A program made the translations under genes and the position numbers. Of a stretch of 64,000 nt of DNA, positions 27,236 to 37,427 are shown piece after piece; positions within the stretch are counted from its first letter, which is position 1, and each line of letters begins with the position of its first letter. The stretch comes from Candidatus Binatia bacterium (GTDB lineage: Bacteria > Desulfobacterota > Binatia > UBA9968 > JAJDTQ01), in the NCBI GenBank assembly GCA_963666515.2, contig OY762897.2, positions 3,040,001 to 3,104,000 on the forward strand. Reading direction: 5' to 3'. The notes under the pieces were generated by a model. That model was not told the origin of the DNA. It saw only the letters and a program-made list of their open reading frames with translations, and ran no database searches.

Positions 27236-28462
27236 TCACCGGAACGTTTGCAACTCTTTGGGCCTTACTCCGACGAAGGAGTCCAGCTTCACCAATCCTT
27301 CCGCGTTTTCTTCGAGCCGCAACGCCTTGGGCTCACGGCCCGCGGCCACGGCGTCGATGGCGTCGCGGACCATGCGGCGCAGCATGATGACGCCGCGGTC
27401 GGAGGTGCCCAGGCGCTCCTCACGCTCTCCCAGCAGCCGCTGGGTGCCCTGGGTGACGATGTCCTCCTGGCGGATGTTGCCGCGGAACGGCATGAGCGGG
27501 CGCTGGTCGTAGGGCTTCACGTCCCCCTTGGGGGTCTCGCGCTTCCGCATCTTCCCCAGCCGCTCGAAGATGTCCGGGTCCGGGCCGGTGTAGTAGTCCA
27601 CGGTGAACAGCATGAAGTGGTCGTCGTCGTTGGGGGTGAGGAACATGAAGTGCTCGTAGTTGGAGCCCACCTTCTCCAGCACCTCCGGCTCCACCCGCGC
27701 GTGCACGAACTCGGTGTCGCCCACCTGGAGGATGCTCGGCAGCCCCAGGCTCATCTCGTCGACGAACTCGGTGCCTTCCGACGGACCCGGCTTGGACATG
27801 ACCATCTTCATGCCGTAGGGGGTTTCCACGGGCTCGTAGTCCGGCGGGCTCTTGGCGCTGAAGAACTCGCCGCCCCAGGTCTGTTCGCCGTAGGCGCTGC
27901 GGCTGTGGAGGATCCAAACGTGGCAGGGGTCGGCGCTGTTCTCGTAGAAGTTGAACCAGTTGTAGTCGAAGTGCCGCGTGCTCTCCACCAGCCGCTGCCC
28001 GCCGTGGTCCACCAGCGGCGAATAGTTGGGCAGGGGCGGCGGATCATCGGGGTCCGGCCCCATGTAGGCGAAGATCAGTCCGCCCAGCGTCCGCACCGGA
28101 TAGGCCGGATGCTTCACCTTGGCGCAGAAGGCGGTCTCGGGCGGCTCGGAGGGCTGCTCCAGGCAGTGGCCCGCCACGTCGTAGAGCCAGCCGTGGTAGG
28201 GGCAGCGGATGCCGCGCTCCTCGATGTCGCCGTACTCCAGGGACGAGCCGCGGTGGGAGCAGTCCCGGCCGACGAGCCCCAGGCGGCCCCTGAGGTCGCG
28301 GAACAGCACCAGGTCCTCGCCCAGCACCCGCACGGCCCGGGGGACGTCGTGCAGTTCCGCCTCGGTGCCCACCGCGAGCCAGTAGCGCCGCAGCCACTCT
28401 CCGCCCGGCGTGCCCCGCCCCACGCGCGGGATGTCCTTGTTGGTGCTTCTGAACGTGTCCAC
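27236..28462 (-). CDS. Rieske oxygenase alpha subunit (phthalate 4,5-dioxygenase/LigX-like)
   Basis: CSHRG..CPYHGW Rieske motif, ENSADPCHVWILH mononuclear Fe motif, QED..TQG and ERLGTSDRGV. Confidence 0.92.
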   Translation of the reverse strand: MDTFRSTNKDIPRVGRGTPGGEWLRRYWLAVGTEAELHDVPRAVRVLGEDLVLFRDLRGRLGLVGRDCSHRGSSLEYGDIEERGIRCPYHGWLYDVAGHCLEQPSEPPETAFCAKVKHPAYPVRTLGGLIFAYMGPDPDDPPPLPNYSPLVDHGGQRLVESTRHFDYNWFNFYENSADPCHVWILHSRSAYGEQTWGGEFFSAKSPPDYEPVETPYGMKMVMSKPGPSEGTEFVDEMSLGLPSILQVGDTEFVHARVEPEVLEKVGSNYEHFMFLTPNDDDHFMLFTVDYYTGPDPDIFERLGKMRKRETPKGDVKPYDQRPLMPFRGNIRQEDIVTQGTQRLLGEREERLGTSDRGVIMLRRMVRDAIDAVAAGREPKALRLEENAEGLVKLDSFVGVRPKELQTFR

Positions 28463-28493
28463 GAAAAATCCCGGTTGGTTTCCCGTGCGCTCC

Positions 28494-28563
28494 AGGGCGA
28501 CCGCGGGTCGCCCCTACACATACCCAGCGATGAACCCCGTAGGGGCGACCCCGCGGTCGCCCT
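28494..28563. repeat. Inverted doublet of GTAG-family REPs (REPIN-like)
   Basis: agggcgaccgcgggtcgcccctac ... gtaggggcgaccccgcggtcgccct. Confidence 0.85.
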
Positions 28564-28566
28564 GGT

Positions 28567-29457
28567 TCAATCCAAAAAGCCGCCGCGGCTCAACTCCCGG
28601 TGCACCGAGTCCCGCGCCTCCGGCGGCAGCGGCTTGGTCTCCCACTTGGGGAAGCGCTTGATATCGAAGCCGCGCATCCGGTACATCTCGGCCACCACGG
28701 CCCGGCCGTGGCGCTTGATCTGCCCAATGATGACCGCGCTGACGTCGTTGACCCGCCGTTGCAGTTGCACCGCCTCCCCGTAGTCCTCCCGCTCCAGCGC
28801 GCGCCACAGCTCGACGCACAGTTCGGGAAGGCAGCTCGTGGGCGGATTGATCATGCCGGCCACCCCGAACGGCACCAGCCCAAAGATGTCCGCGTTGCCG
28901 GTGAACACCGACACGTCCGGCGGGAACAGCCGCACGTAGTCCAGCATGGCGCCGGCGCCGTAGGCCACCTTGATGCCGCGGATGGTGGGGATCTCCTCCT
29001 TCATGCGCTGGGCGAAGGGCGGCGCGATGGAGATGCCCGAGTACTTGGGGTTCTCGTAGATGAAGATGGGCAGCGGCACGGCGTCCGCCACCGCCCGGAA
29101 ATGGGCCATGATCTCGAACTCCGAGTGGTCGGAGTAGTAGTACGGCGGGATCACGCCGATGCCGTCGGCGCCGTGCTCCGCGGCGTGGCGCGCCAACTCC
29201 ACCGTGGTCTCGGCATCCGCGGTCCCCACGTGCACGATGAGGGGCGCGCGGCCGGCGTTCTGCTCGATGGCGACCTCGGCGGTCCGTTTTCGCTGGGCCA
29301 TGGACATGGCCGGCCCCTGGCCCGAGGAGCCCAGCATGAACAGTCCCTGGACCTCCGCGCCGACATAGAAGTCCACGAGCTTCCGCAGCATCGGCTCGTC
29401 CACCGAGGCGTCGTGCTCGAACGGCGTGATGACGGGAATGACGATGCCCTTGATCAT
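28567..29457 (-). CDS. DHDPS/NAL-family class I aldolase
   Basis: GIVIPVITPF, GSSGQG, PPYYY, IYENP and the Schiff-base Lys in GIKV; distinct from the true dapA. Confidence 0.9.
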   Translation of the reverse strand: MIKGIVIPVITPFEHDASVDEPMLRKLVDFYVGAEVQGLFMLGSSGQGPAMSMAQRKRTAEVAIEQNAGRAPLIVHVGTADAETTVELARHAAEHGADGIGVIPPYYYSDHSEFEIMAHFRAVADAVPLPIFIYENPKYSGISIAPPFAQRMKEEIPTIRGIKVAYGAGAMLDYVRLFPPDVSVFTGNADIFGLVPFGVAGMINPPTSCLPELCVELWRALEREDYGEAVQLQRRVNDVSAVIIGQIKRHGRAVVAEMYRMRGFDIKRFPKWETKPLPPEARDSVHRELSRGGFLD

Positions 29458-29531
29458 GGTCCTGTTCCTCCCGTGGTCATGAGATAGCCCTTGGGTGTTG
29501 GCGGCGTCAAGCCGGAATGCCCCCTCCTCCC

Positions 29532-29559
29532 CTGGATTCCGGCTTTCGCCGGAATGACG
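29532..29559. repeat. CGTC-family REP
   Basis: ctggattccggctttcgccggaatgacg, identical to 52866-52893. Confidence 0.85.
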
Positions 29560-29580
29560 GGATCGGGCATCGACAGGCTC

Positions 29581-30306
29581 TCAGGAGCTTGCCAGCAGGC
29601 GCATGAGCCGCCCGTAGCCGTCGATCTTCTCGCGCATGCTGATGGCCTTGAAGGCCACGTAGAGCTGGGAGGTCATGTTGGCGATGACCGGCAGCCCGAG
29701 GTCGGTCTCGATGTCTTCGATGACGTCCACCACCGGGAAATTGGCGCACGGGATATAGATGGCGTCCGGATTGTCGGCTTCCCGCACCGCCCGCTTGGCT
29801 GCCTGGTAGATGTCCCCTACCGAAACCGCGCTCGAGGTGGTGAAGTCCGTCGTCAGGGAAACCAGCGAGCGCGCCTCGAATCCCCATGCCTTGAGATAGC
29901 TCACCACCTTCTCGTTCAGGTCGGGCGGATACGGGTCGACGACGGCCAGACGAGACACCCCGAGGTCCCGGAAGGCATCCAGGGCGGCAACGATGCTGGT
30001 GGTGCAGGGCGCCCCGGTGATGGACTCGAGCTGTTCGATGAGCTTCGTCTCGAACCCCTTGCCCTGGCTCAGCACCAGGGGCGAGCCGCCGTGGATGATG
30101 TAGTCGCAAGAGCGTCGTTTCAACTCGTGCGCACATGCCTCCACCTGCTTCAGCGCCTCCTTGTAAGCCTCCTCCTTCCAGCCGCCCACCATGCATGCCA
30201 CACCGATGAAGCCCACTCCGTGGGGCACGATGCGGTAGAAGTCATAGGCGTTTAGCTCGATGATCGAGGGTGAGATGTAGCCGATTCTGGCGCGGTACCC
30301 GAACAT
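29581..30306 (-). CDS. Asp/Glu racemase / maleate isomerase / arylmalonate decarboxylase family protein
   Basis: RARIGYISPS, AVVDPY, AIYIPCANF and IETDLGLPVI motifs. Confidence 0.88.
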   Translation of the reverse strand: MFGYRARIGYISPSIIELNAYDFYRIVPHGVGFIGVACMVGGWKEEAYKEALKQVEACAHELKRRSCDYIIHGGSPLVLSQGKGFETKLIEQLESITGAPCTTSIVAALDAFRDLGVSRLAVVDPYPPDLNEKVVSYLKAWGFEARSLVSLTTDFTTSSAVSVGDIYQAAKRAVREADNPDAIYIPCANFPVVDVIEDIETDLGLPVIANMTSQLYVAFKAISMREKIDGYGRLMRLLASS

Positions 30307-30343
30307 GGGCTGCTCCTTTCGTGACCAGGCGAGTCAAGCAACG

Positions 30344-31867
30344 TCAGCCAGCGTCGTTGAACTTGTAGAAAGGTTCCACCGGATGCTCTTCGTGGGATTC
30401 GAGGAAGTCCCGCACTCGTGGGAGAAGGCGGGCCTCCAGGCCGGCGGCGTTTCTTCGGCGCGCCGGCGTAATCTTCTGCCGGATCTCCTTGAGCAGAGCC
30501 TTCTCGTCCAGCCGCACGTGCTTGCCGCGGTGATAGAGGATCTCGCCGTCCACCATCACGGTATCGACAGCCCCGGCGCCGCCGCGATAGACCAGCGCGT
30601 CCACCGGCGTTTGATGCCTTGCGAGATAGGGCTCGACGATGGGGCGCGAGTCCACCAGCACCAGGTCGGCGCGCTTCCCCGGCTCCAAAGTGCCGCAGGT
30701 CGCGCCCCAGCCCAGGATATCCGCCCCGTCCGCCGTGGCCGCCCGGAAGATATCGGCCAGCGGCATGAGACCCGGACCGGCGCCCGGAACGCGCTGGAGG
30801 TTGGCCGCCAGGCGCATCTCCTGCAGCATGTCGGGCCGATCGTTCAGCGGGCTGCTGTCGAGCCCCATGCCCAGGCGCACGCCCGCGGCGTGGAAGTGCA
30901 TCAGCGGAGCGATGCCGCTGCGCAGGCGCAGGTTGGAGCTGGGGTTGTGCACCACCGCGGCTCCGCTGGCCGCCACGGTTCGGATGTCCTCGCGGTTGAG
31001 CCACACGCCGTGAGCGAGGCTCACGTCGGGCGCCAGGAAGTCCAGGCCCGCCAGCCACTGCACCGCGCTCTGGCGGTATTCGCGAAGAAAATACGACCGC
31101 TGATACTTCGTCTCCAGAACGTGTATCTGGATGCCGAGGCCACGCTCGGTGGACTCCCGCCGGATGGCGCGCAGGAGATCCTCGGTGCACCACTGGGGCC
31201 CCGCAGGGGTCAGGAACAGCCGTGCCCGGACGTTGTCACCGTTCATCTGATCCGCGAGCCTGCGGGCGACGCGGAAGTAGTCATCCGGCGCCGCGGTCCG
31301 CGACTCACTGTAGCGTGCCGCCGCCTCTTCCCGGAGCGACGGCGGCAGCGACGCCAGGAATTCCTCATCGCCGTAGACAATGTGGTTCCGGTCGCGGATA
31401 TCCAGTCCGAAGGAGACGCGCATTCCGGCATCGCGGTAGGCCCTTAGCCGTTCGTCGACGTCAGCCTCGTAGGTCTCCGGCGAGAGGCTGGAATTGTAGT
31501 GCAGGCATGTGGTGATGCCCGACTCGATCATGGTCTTGCAGGCGTAGAGGACGTCCAGGTACGGGTCGAGGGCGCCCCGCGGATTGGCCGCGAACCGGGA
31601 GAGCTCGAAGCAGTCGTCCATTCCTCCGAGTTGGAAGTCCGTGAGTCCCTTGCCGTGCTGGTGCGCGTTGACGAAGCCGGGAACCACCCAGTGGCGCGAT
31701 GAGCCCACTACGGTGGCGGTGGGGTACGAGGGCTTGAGGTCGCGGTACCGACCGACCTCGACGATGTCCCGTCCCGACACCACCACGGCGCCGTCGCGGA
31801 TCACATCGGAGGAACCGTCCCGCGCCGCCATGGTGACGACGAATTTACCTCGAACGAGATAGTCCAT
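30344..31867 (-). CDS. Metal-dependent amidohydrolase/deaminase (AtzA/GuaD-like)
   Basis: PGFVNAHQH, IHVLE, LAHGVW, HNPSSN, GLDS and GKRADLVL motifs. Confidence 0.9.
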   Translation of the reverse strand: MDYLVRGKFVVTMAARDGSSDVIRDGAVVVSGRDIVEVGRYRDLKPSYPTATVVGSSRHWVVPGFVNAHQHGKGLTDFQLGGMDDCFELSRFAANPRGALDPYLDVLYACKTMIESGITTCLHYNSSLSPETYEADVDERLRAYRDAGMRVSFGLDIRDRNHIVYGDEEFLASLPPSLREEAAARYSESRTAAPDDYFRVARRLADQMNGDNVRARLFLTPAGPQWCTEDLLRAIRRESTERGLGIQIHVLETKYQRSYFLREYRQSAVQWLAGLDFLAPDVSLAHGVWLNREDIRTVAASGAAVVHNPSSNLRLRSGIAPLMHFHAAGVRLGMGLDSSPLNDRPDMLQEMRLAANLQRVPGAGPGLMPLADIFRAATADGADILGWGATCGTLEPGKRADLVLVDSRPIVEPYLARHQTPVDALVYRGGAGAVDTVMVDGEILYHRGKHVRLDEKALLKEIRQKITPARRRNAAGLEARLLPRVRDFLESHEEHPVEPFYKFNDAG

Positions 31868-31883
31868 CTCAACTCCCTTGTCC

Positions 31884-31980
31884 GGCACACATCCCGTGCG
31901 CCACCGGGAACCGATCAGAGGGCGACCGCGGGTCGCCCCTACATGCAACTGGCACAGCGCGCATCCCGTGCGCGACCGGG
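31884..31980. repeat. GTAG REP flanked by short direct repeats
   Basis: catcccgtgcgc.accggg occurs twice around agggcgaccgcgggtcgcccctac (about 31919-31942). Confidence 0.7.
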
Positions 31981-31993
31981 TACTCTTCGACGC

Positions 31994-33007
31994 TTATCCG
32001 GCGAGCCCCAGGAAACGCAGACAGTTCTCCGAGGCCACCCACTCCCGCTCCTCCTCTGTGAGCCCCAGCTCGTCGAACTCGTCCTCCGGTGACTGGTCCC
32101 GGAACATGAACGGGTAGTCGGAGCCGATGACCACCTGGCTCGCGCCCACGGTGTCGATGAGGTAGCGCACCGTGCGGTTGTCGAAGAAGACGTCGTCGTA
32201 GAAGAACATGCGGGCGTAGTCGGAGGGCTTCCGGGGCATCAGCGCCTGGAAGTTGGGGTTCTTGTGCCAGGCGTTCTCCAGGCGCGGCAGGAGTTGGGTG
32301 AAGGTGCCGCCGCCGTGGCTGAAGCACAGCCTGAGCCCCGGGCAGGCTTCCATGAGTCCGCCGGTGATCATGCTGGCGATGCCCAGCGCGCCTTCCAGCG
32401 GGAACGCGACGATGTTCTCGATGAACCGCGGCCCCGTCACCCGGTCCATGAAGGTGGCGTGCTGGGCGTGCACGAAGATGGGCAGGTCCAGCTCCTCCGC
32501 GGCCTTGAAGAAGGGCAGGAACTCGGGCTCCCCCAGACTCTTGCCGTTGACGTTGCTGAGCACCTCGAGGCCGTGAAGGCCCAGGGACTTGACCCGCTCC
32601 AGTTCCGCCGTCGCGAGGTCCACGTCCTGGAGCGGCACCGAACCCAGCGCGTAGAAGCGGTCCGGCGCTTGGTCCACCATGCGCATCTCGACCTCGTTCA
32701 GGTAGCGCGCCAGGTCGAGCCCGTCCCGGGGCTCCAGCCGGTAGGCGAGCAACTCCGGCATGGGCGACAGCACCTGGCGGTCCACCGCGTAGTCCGGCGC
32801 GGCCATCTCCCGCAGGCGCCGGGGCACCGACCAGCAGCGGTCCAGCACCGTGCGGAAATTCCGGCCCGCGATCATGACGTTGGCGGTGTCCGGTCCGGTG
32901 TGGTCCATGGACGGCCAGCGGTCGCCCGCGGCGCGGTCCCCCACCGGAGGGAAGTGTTCGGGAACGATGTGGGTGTGTGCGTCGATGACCATGAGCGGTG
33001 CTCCCAT
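31994..33007 (-). CDS. Amidohydrolase-2 family (ACMSD-like decarboxylase)
   Basis: [34 protein letters not shown] and GSDYPF motifs. Start uncertain (32992-33025). Confidence 0.9.
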   Translation of the reverse strand: MGAPLMVIDAHTHIVPEHFPPVGDRAAGDRWPSMDHTGPDTANVMIAGRNFRTVLDRCWSVPRRLREMAAPDYAVDRQVLSPMPELLAYRLEPRDGLDLARYLNEVEMRMVDQAPDRFYALGSVPLQDVDLATAELERVKSLGLHGLEVLSNVNGKSLGEPEFLPFFKAAEELDLPIFVHAQHATFMDRVTGPRFIENIVAFPLEGALGIASMITGGLMEACPGLRLCFSHGGGTFTQLLPRLENAWHKNPNFQALMPRKPSDYARMFFYDDVFFDNRTVRYLIDTVGASQVVIGSDYPFMFRDQSPEDEFDELGLTEEEREWVASENCLRFLGLAG

Positions 33008-33031
33008 ACGGAATTTGCGAGTCAACTCCGG

Positions 33032-34324
33032 TTACACGCTACTCGCCCGGGGCGGGGCCACGATGAACAGGCTCAGGAAACCGGAAATCACGAGCGTCAC
33101 GGCGAAGATAGTGAAAGGAACCGTGTAGCTGCCCGTCCAGTCGAAGAGAAAGCCGAAGAACGGAGGCCCTAGGGCCGCAAAACTGTGGGTCATGAGAATC
33201 CCCAGGCCCCGGATCTTGCCCATCGACAGACGACCGAATATCCGCGCCCACACAACGTCCTGCAACACCATGTTACCACCGAGCCCCACCCCGTAGAAGA
33301 AGAACCCGACATAGACGAGAGTCAGGGAACCGGAGGTGATGGCCACGGTCAGACCGGCGGCCTGAATCAGGAACTTGGCCAGAGTGCTCCAGCGTATGTC
33401 CACGCGGTCCGCGATGAGGCCCCAGACAAGCGGTGAGCCGAGCTGGGTGGAAGCAATGACGCTCAGAGCGCCGACGGCACGCAGATCCGAGTAACCGAGG
33501 TCGGTGACATAGGCGAACACGTGCAGATTGACGCCGGTGACGCCGACCGCGGACACGCCGAAAACCGCGACGATCAACCAGAAGGCCCGGGTCCGCAGAC
33601 CCGCCTTCCGGCTCCAGATGCGGGCCTCGCTTGCCGCGTACGGCTGCGACGGTGGGGCCCTCCCCCCGGTCACGGCCACGGGATTCAAACCGTCCGGATT
33701 GAGCCCCATGTCCTCAGGGGACCGCCGGATGTAGAACAGGGCGGGAGCGACGATCAGCACCAGGGTCAACACACCGAACACGGCCCAGGTATGACGCCAG
33801 CCCAGCCAGGCCAGCAGGGGCACGACCAGGAACGGCATGACGATCTTCGCGAAGCCGATGCCCATGCTGGAGACCGCGATGGCCCGGCCGCGTTTCCGGA
33901 CGAACCACCGGGCGATCATGATGTTGATCACCATGTAACCCAGCAAGGCGTCGCCCATCGTCACGAAAGTCCAGCGCACCAGCACGAACTGCCAGAAGTC
34001 CTCGACTTGGCTGAGGATGAAATAGCCCACGGCCGCCACCAACGCGCCCGCGGTTACGAGCCACCGGCTGCCGTGCCGGTCCACCAGCGGACCCACGAAC
34101 GGCGCCATGAAAGCACCGATGAGCCCCTCTCCCGAGCGCAGCAGCGAGAAGACGCCACGGGACACTCCCAAATCCAGCGTCATCGGTTTGAGGAAAATGC
34201 TCAGGGTGCTGGCAAGAGCGAACGAGGAGGTGACGTTGCCGATGAACCCGACGGCGACGATGTACCAGCCGTAGTAGACCCGGCTCGATGCGTGTGCACG
34301 ATGCGCTGAAACCGGCGTGACCAC
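33032..34324 (-). CDS. MFS transporter
   Basis: YYGWYIV, GPLVDRHGSR motif A, WFVRKRGRAI and about 12 TM helices. Confidence 0.92.
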   Translation of the reverse strand: MVTPVSAHRAHASSRVYYGWYIVAVGFIGNVTSSFALASTLSIFLKPMTLDLGVSRGVFSLLRSGEGLIGAFMAPFVGPLVDRHGSRWLVTAGALVAAVGYFILSQVEDFWQFVLVRWTFVTMGDALLGYMVINIMIARWFVRKRGRAIAVSSMGIGFAKIVMPFLVVPLLAWLGWRHTWAVFGVLTLVLIVAPALFYIRRSPEDMGLNPDGLNPVAVTGGRAPPSQPYAASEARIWSRKAGLRTRAFWLIVAVFGVSAVGVTGVNLHVFAYVTDLGYSDLRAVGALSVIASTQLGSPLVWGLIADRVDIRWSTLAKFLIQAAGLTVAITSGSLTLVYVGFFFYGVGLGGNMVLQDVVWARIFGRLSMGKIRGLGILMTHSFAALGPPFFGFLFDWTGSYTVPFTIFAVTLVISGFLSLFIVAPPRASSV

Positions 34325-34452
34325 CTGTCACGGGTAACAGGGTTCGCGGTGCATGGAAAGCGCGGCACCCGCGACCGTGCACGCGCAAATGGACGGGACG
34401 GCCGGTGTTTTGTTAGTTAGACTGTTGCAAACACGGCGACGACGCCTGCAAC

Positions 34453-34480
34453 CGTCATTCCGGCGGAAGCCGGAATCCAG
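34453..34480. repeat. CGTC-family REP
   Basis: cgtcattccggcggaagccggaatccag. Confidence 0.85.
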
Positions 34481-34502
34481 GCGGCAGGGAAAAGGAGAAA
34501 TC

Positions 34503-35414
34503 ATGCGCGTATTGATCACCGGCGCCGGACTTATCGGCTCCCACGTGGCCGCGGAACTGAGTTCACGCGGGGATGAGGTGACGTTCTTCGACGTGGTGGC
34601 CAAACCGGACTATGTCCGGCACGTCACCGGCAAGGACCTGCCGCTGATCCGCGGCGACATCTGCGACTTGGCGGCCCTGATGGACGCCTTTCTGACGGTG
34701 AGGCCCGATTGCGTCATCCACCTGGCCGCTTCCGTGGGCGAAAACAACATCCCCAACCTCTATACCGGCTTCCAGGTCAACCTGGTGGCTACCCTGAACG
34801 TCGCGGAAGCGGTGCGGCTCGCGGGCGTGCGGCGGCTGGTACACGCCAGCACCCAGGCGGTGTACCAGGACGCCGACCCTGGTGAGCTGCTGCGGGAAGA
34901 CTCGCCCCTGGACGGCCGCGGCCGGGTGTACAACGCCTCGAAGCTGGCCTGCGAGCACGTGCTCAGGACCTTCGCCGCCAGGCAGGCTTTCGAGCTGGTG
35001 ATGCTGCGCTTCGCCGGGGTGTACGGGTATCGGGCCGTGGCCGGCGGCCCGGGGGTGGCGGTGCAGGAGGCGGTCTGGGCCGCCATGGCCGGGGAAGATG
35101 CCGTGCTCAACGCCTACGAGACCGTGGACTTCGTCTATGTCAAGGACCTCGCCGACGGCATCGCCCGGGCCGTGCACACCGCGCCGCTGGCCCACGACAC
35201 CTACAACCTCGGCAGCGGCGCCCTCACCACCGTGGAGGATGTCGAGGCGGCGCTCCACGCCATCTTCCCGGACATCCGCCTGCGCCGGGGCACGCTCACG
35301 CCCAAGCGCCCGCAAATGGACATCACCCGGGCGCGGAACGAACTGGGATATGCGCCGGAGTACAAGCTGGAAGCGGGACTGCGCGACTACATCGCCGAAC
35401 TGAACCGCGAGTGA
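34503..35414 (+). CDS. NAD-dependent epimerase/dehydratase
   Basis: AAAGGAG RBS; [14 protein letters not shown] and YNASK motifs. Confidence 0.9.
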   Translation: MRVLITGAGLIGSHVAAELSSRGDEVTFFDVVAKPDYVRHVTGKDLPLIRGDICDLAALMDAFLTVRPDCVIHLAASVGENNIPNLYTGFQVNLVATLNVAEAVRLAGVRRLVHASTQAVYQDADPGELLREDSPLDGRGRVYNASKLACEHVLRTFAARQAFELVMLRFAGVYGYRAVAGGPGVAVQEAVWAAMAGEDAVLNAYETVDFVYVKDLADGIARAVHTAPLAHDTYNLGSGALTTVEDVEAALHAIFPDIRLRRGTLTPKRPQMDITRARNELGYAPEYKLEAGLRDYIAELNRE

Positions 35415-35450
35415 TGAGATAGCACCTGCACCCCGTCGGGACCGGCACCC

Positions 35451-35543
35451 CGTCACCCCGGACTTGATCCGGGGTCCAGAGTGGAGCCGCCTGGATTCCG
35501 GGTCAAGCCCGGAATGACGGAAAGCGTCACCCCGGACTTGGGG
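35451..35543. repeat. Cluster of CGTC-family REPs between convergent genes
   Basis: Two full units (35451-35479, 35491-35519) and one partial unit. Confidence 0.85.
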
Positions 35544-35565
35544 AGTACGGGGGACTGGGGGCGTG

Positions 35566-37245
35566 CTACGCCACACGCCTTGAGGCCGCGGCCTCCGTCA
35601 GCGTGGTGGTCGGCGACACGTACTCCAGGTCCGTCAGCACCTCGATGAGCGCGGGGCCGGGGGCGGCAAGGGCCTGCTCCAGCGCCGGCAGGAACTCGTC
35701 GTCGCGGGTGACCTTGAGCCCCAGGGCGCCGTAGCCGTTTCCCAGGGCGGCGAAGTCGGGATTGACCAGGTCGGTGCCGTAGTTCCTGCCGGGGTACTGG
35801 GCCTCCTGGTCCATGCGGATGGTGCCGTAGGAGCCGTTGGCGTACACCATCACGATGATCTTCACCCCGTACTGGCGCGCGGTGGCGATTTCCTGTCCGG
35901 TCATCAGGAAGCCGCCGTCGCCCACGTGGGCGATGACGGTCCGTTCCGGATGGGCCAGCCTGGCGGCCACCGCGCCGGGCACCCCCGTGCCCATGCTGCC
36001 CAGGTTGGGGACGATGTAGGAATCGGCGTGGTCGAATTCGAGGTAGCGCTGCACCCAGCCCCCGAAGCTCCCGGCGTCGTGGGTGTGGATGGTGTCCGGC
36101 GGTACGGTGGCCTTGATGTCCGCCATCACCCGCTCCATGGACACCGCGCCGGTGGGGCGCTCCGGTGGGGTGGCGTAGGCCCGTTGCCGGGCGTGATAGT
36201 CGGCGATCCAGGCGGCGCGAGCCTCGTTGGGGCCGGCGCCGTCGCGTTCCAGCGCCGCGGCCAGGGCCTTGCGCGGGTCGGCCAGCACGGCCATGTCCGG
36301 GCTGAAGTTCTGGCCGATGTTGCCGGCGTCGGCGTCGATCTGAATCGTCGCCAGTCCCGGATGGGGCAGCGTGTAGTTGCCGGACACCTGCTGGTTGAAC
36401 CGGCACCCGACGATCAGCAACAGGTCGGCGTCGTCGCGCACGATCTGCTTGGCGTGGTTGTTGCGGCTGCCGAGGTTGCCGACGTAGTGGGGATGGGTGT
36501 TGGGGAACACGTCCTGGCGCTTGAAGGCGCTCAGCACCGGCATCTGGAACTTCTCGGCAAAGGCCACCAACTCGTCCCGGGCGCGCGCGTATTGAGTGCC
36601 TGAGCCCGCCAGCAGCACCGGCCTTTCCGCCCGGTTCACGCGCTCCACCATTTCGCGGATCAGTTGCGGATCCGGACCCGGCCGGACCGCAGGATAAGGA
36701 CCCACCATGGCGATGTCCGCCTCTTCCTCCAGCATGTCCCGGGGCAGGGACACCACCACCGGACCCGGCCGTCCCGAGCGCGCCACATGGAACGCCCGCG
36801 CCATGATGCGGGGCGCCTCGCGCGGGTCGTTGATCTCGATGACCCACTTGGCGATGCTGCCGAAGAAATGGGTGTAGTCGATCTCCTGGCCGGCCTCCCG
36901 GCCGCGGTGCGACCGCGCCACTTGGCCGATGAGCAGGATCAACGGAGTCGAGTCGTACCTGGCAAGGTGCACCCCGATGCTGGCGTTGGTGGCGCCGGGA
37001 CCGCGCGTGACCATGCACACGCCCGGCGTGCGGGTGGTCTTGCCGTAGGCCTCAGCCATGAGGCAGGCGCTGCCCTCGTGGCGGTTGGTGATGAGGGTGA
37101 TCTCCGGGACGTCCCGCAACCCGTCCAGCAGGGCGATGTAGCTCTCCCCCGGCACGGAGAAGGCGTGACGCACCCCTTCGTTGCGCAGCGACCGCGCCAC
37201 CGCGTGGCCTCCCGACATCCTGCGGCTCTGCTGATCGACGCTCAC
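35566..37245 (-). CDS. Thiamine-diphosphate-dependent enzyme (acetolactate synthase-like)
   Basis: VPGESY, RHEG, TRGPGATN and GDGGFLM..N ThDP motif. Confidence 0.92.
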   Translation of the reverse strand: MSVDQQSRRMSGGHAVARSLRNEGVRHAFSVPGESYIALLDGLRDVPEITLITNRHEGSACLMAEAYGKTTRTPGVCMVTRGPGATNASIGVHLARYDSTPLILLIGQVARSHRGREAGQEIDYTHFFGSIAKWVIEINDPREAPRIMARAFHVARSGRPGPVVVSLPRDMLEEEADIAMVGPYPAVRPGPDPQLIREMVERVNRAERPVLLAGSGTQYARARDELVAFAEKFQMPVLSAFKRQDVFPNTHPHYVGNLGSRNNHAKQIVRDDADLLLIVGCRFNQQVSGNYTLPHPGLATIQIDADAGNIGQNFSPDMAVLADPRKALAAALERDGAGPNEARAAWIADYHARQRAYATPPERPTGAVSMERVMADIKATVPPDTIHTHDAGSFGGWVQRYLEFDHADSYIVPNLGSMGTGVPGAVAARLAHPERTVIAHVGDGGFLMTGQEIATARQYGVKIIVMVYANGSYGTIRMDQEAQYPGRNYGTDLVNPDFAALGNGYGALGLKVTRDDEFLPALEQALAAPGPALIEVLTDLEYVSPTTTLTEAAASRRVA

Positions 37246-37427
37246 CGGTTCACCCCCGACCCTTCGCAGAGTTCATGGCCGTCCTCCTTGTCGTGTCGTC
37301 ACGCGTTGAATCCCCTAACGCATTTGTTGTCATGGGGCAAGGCGGGGTGGCTGAGACGGGCTTCCGTTGACTGTGGCGGTGTTTTCCAATATCAACAATC
37401 AAGTCCGTCCATATCAATTCGAACCCT

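Noticed and set aside
28567-29457. A second dapA
   Set aside because: It lacks the DapA-specific GxTGE and YNxPxRT signatures; the real dapA lies between dapF and dapB.
35451-35543. CRISPR array
   Set aside because: The units are inverted REP palindromes with irregular short spacers, dispersed through the window; no cas genes.
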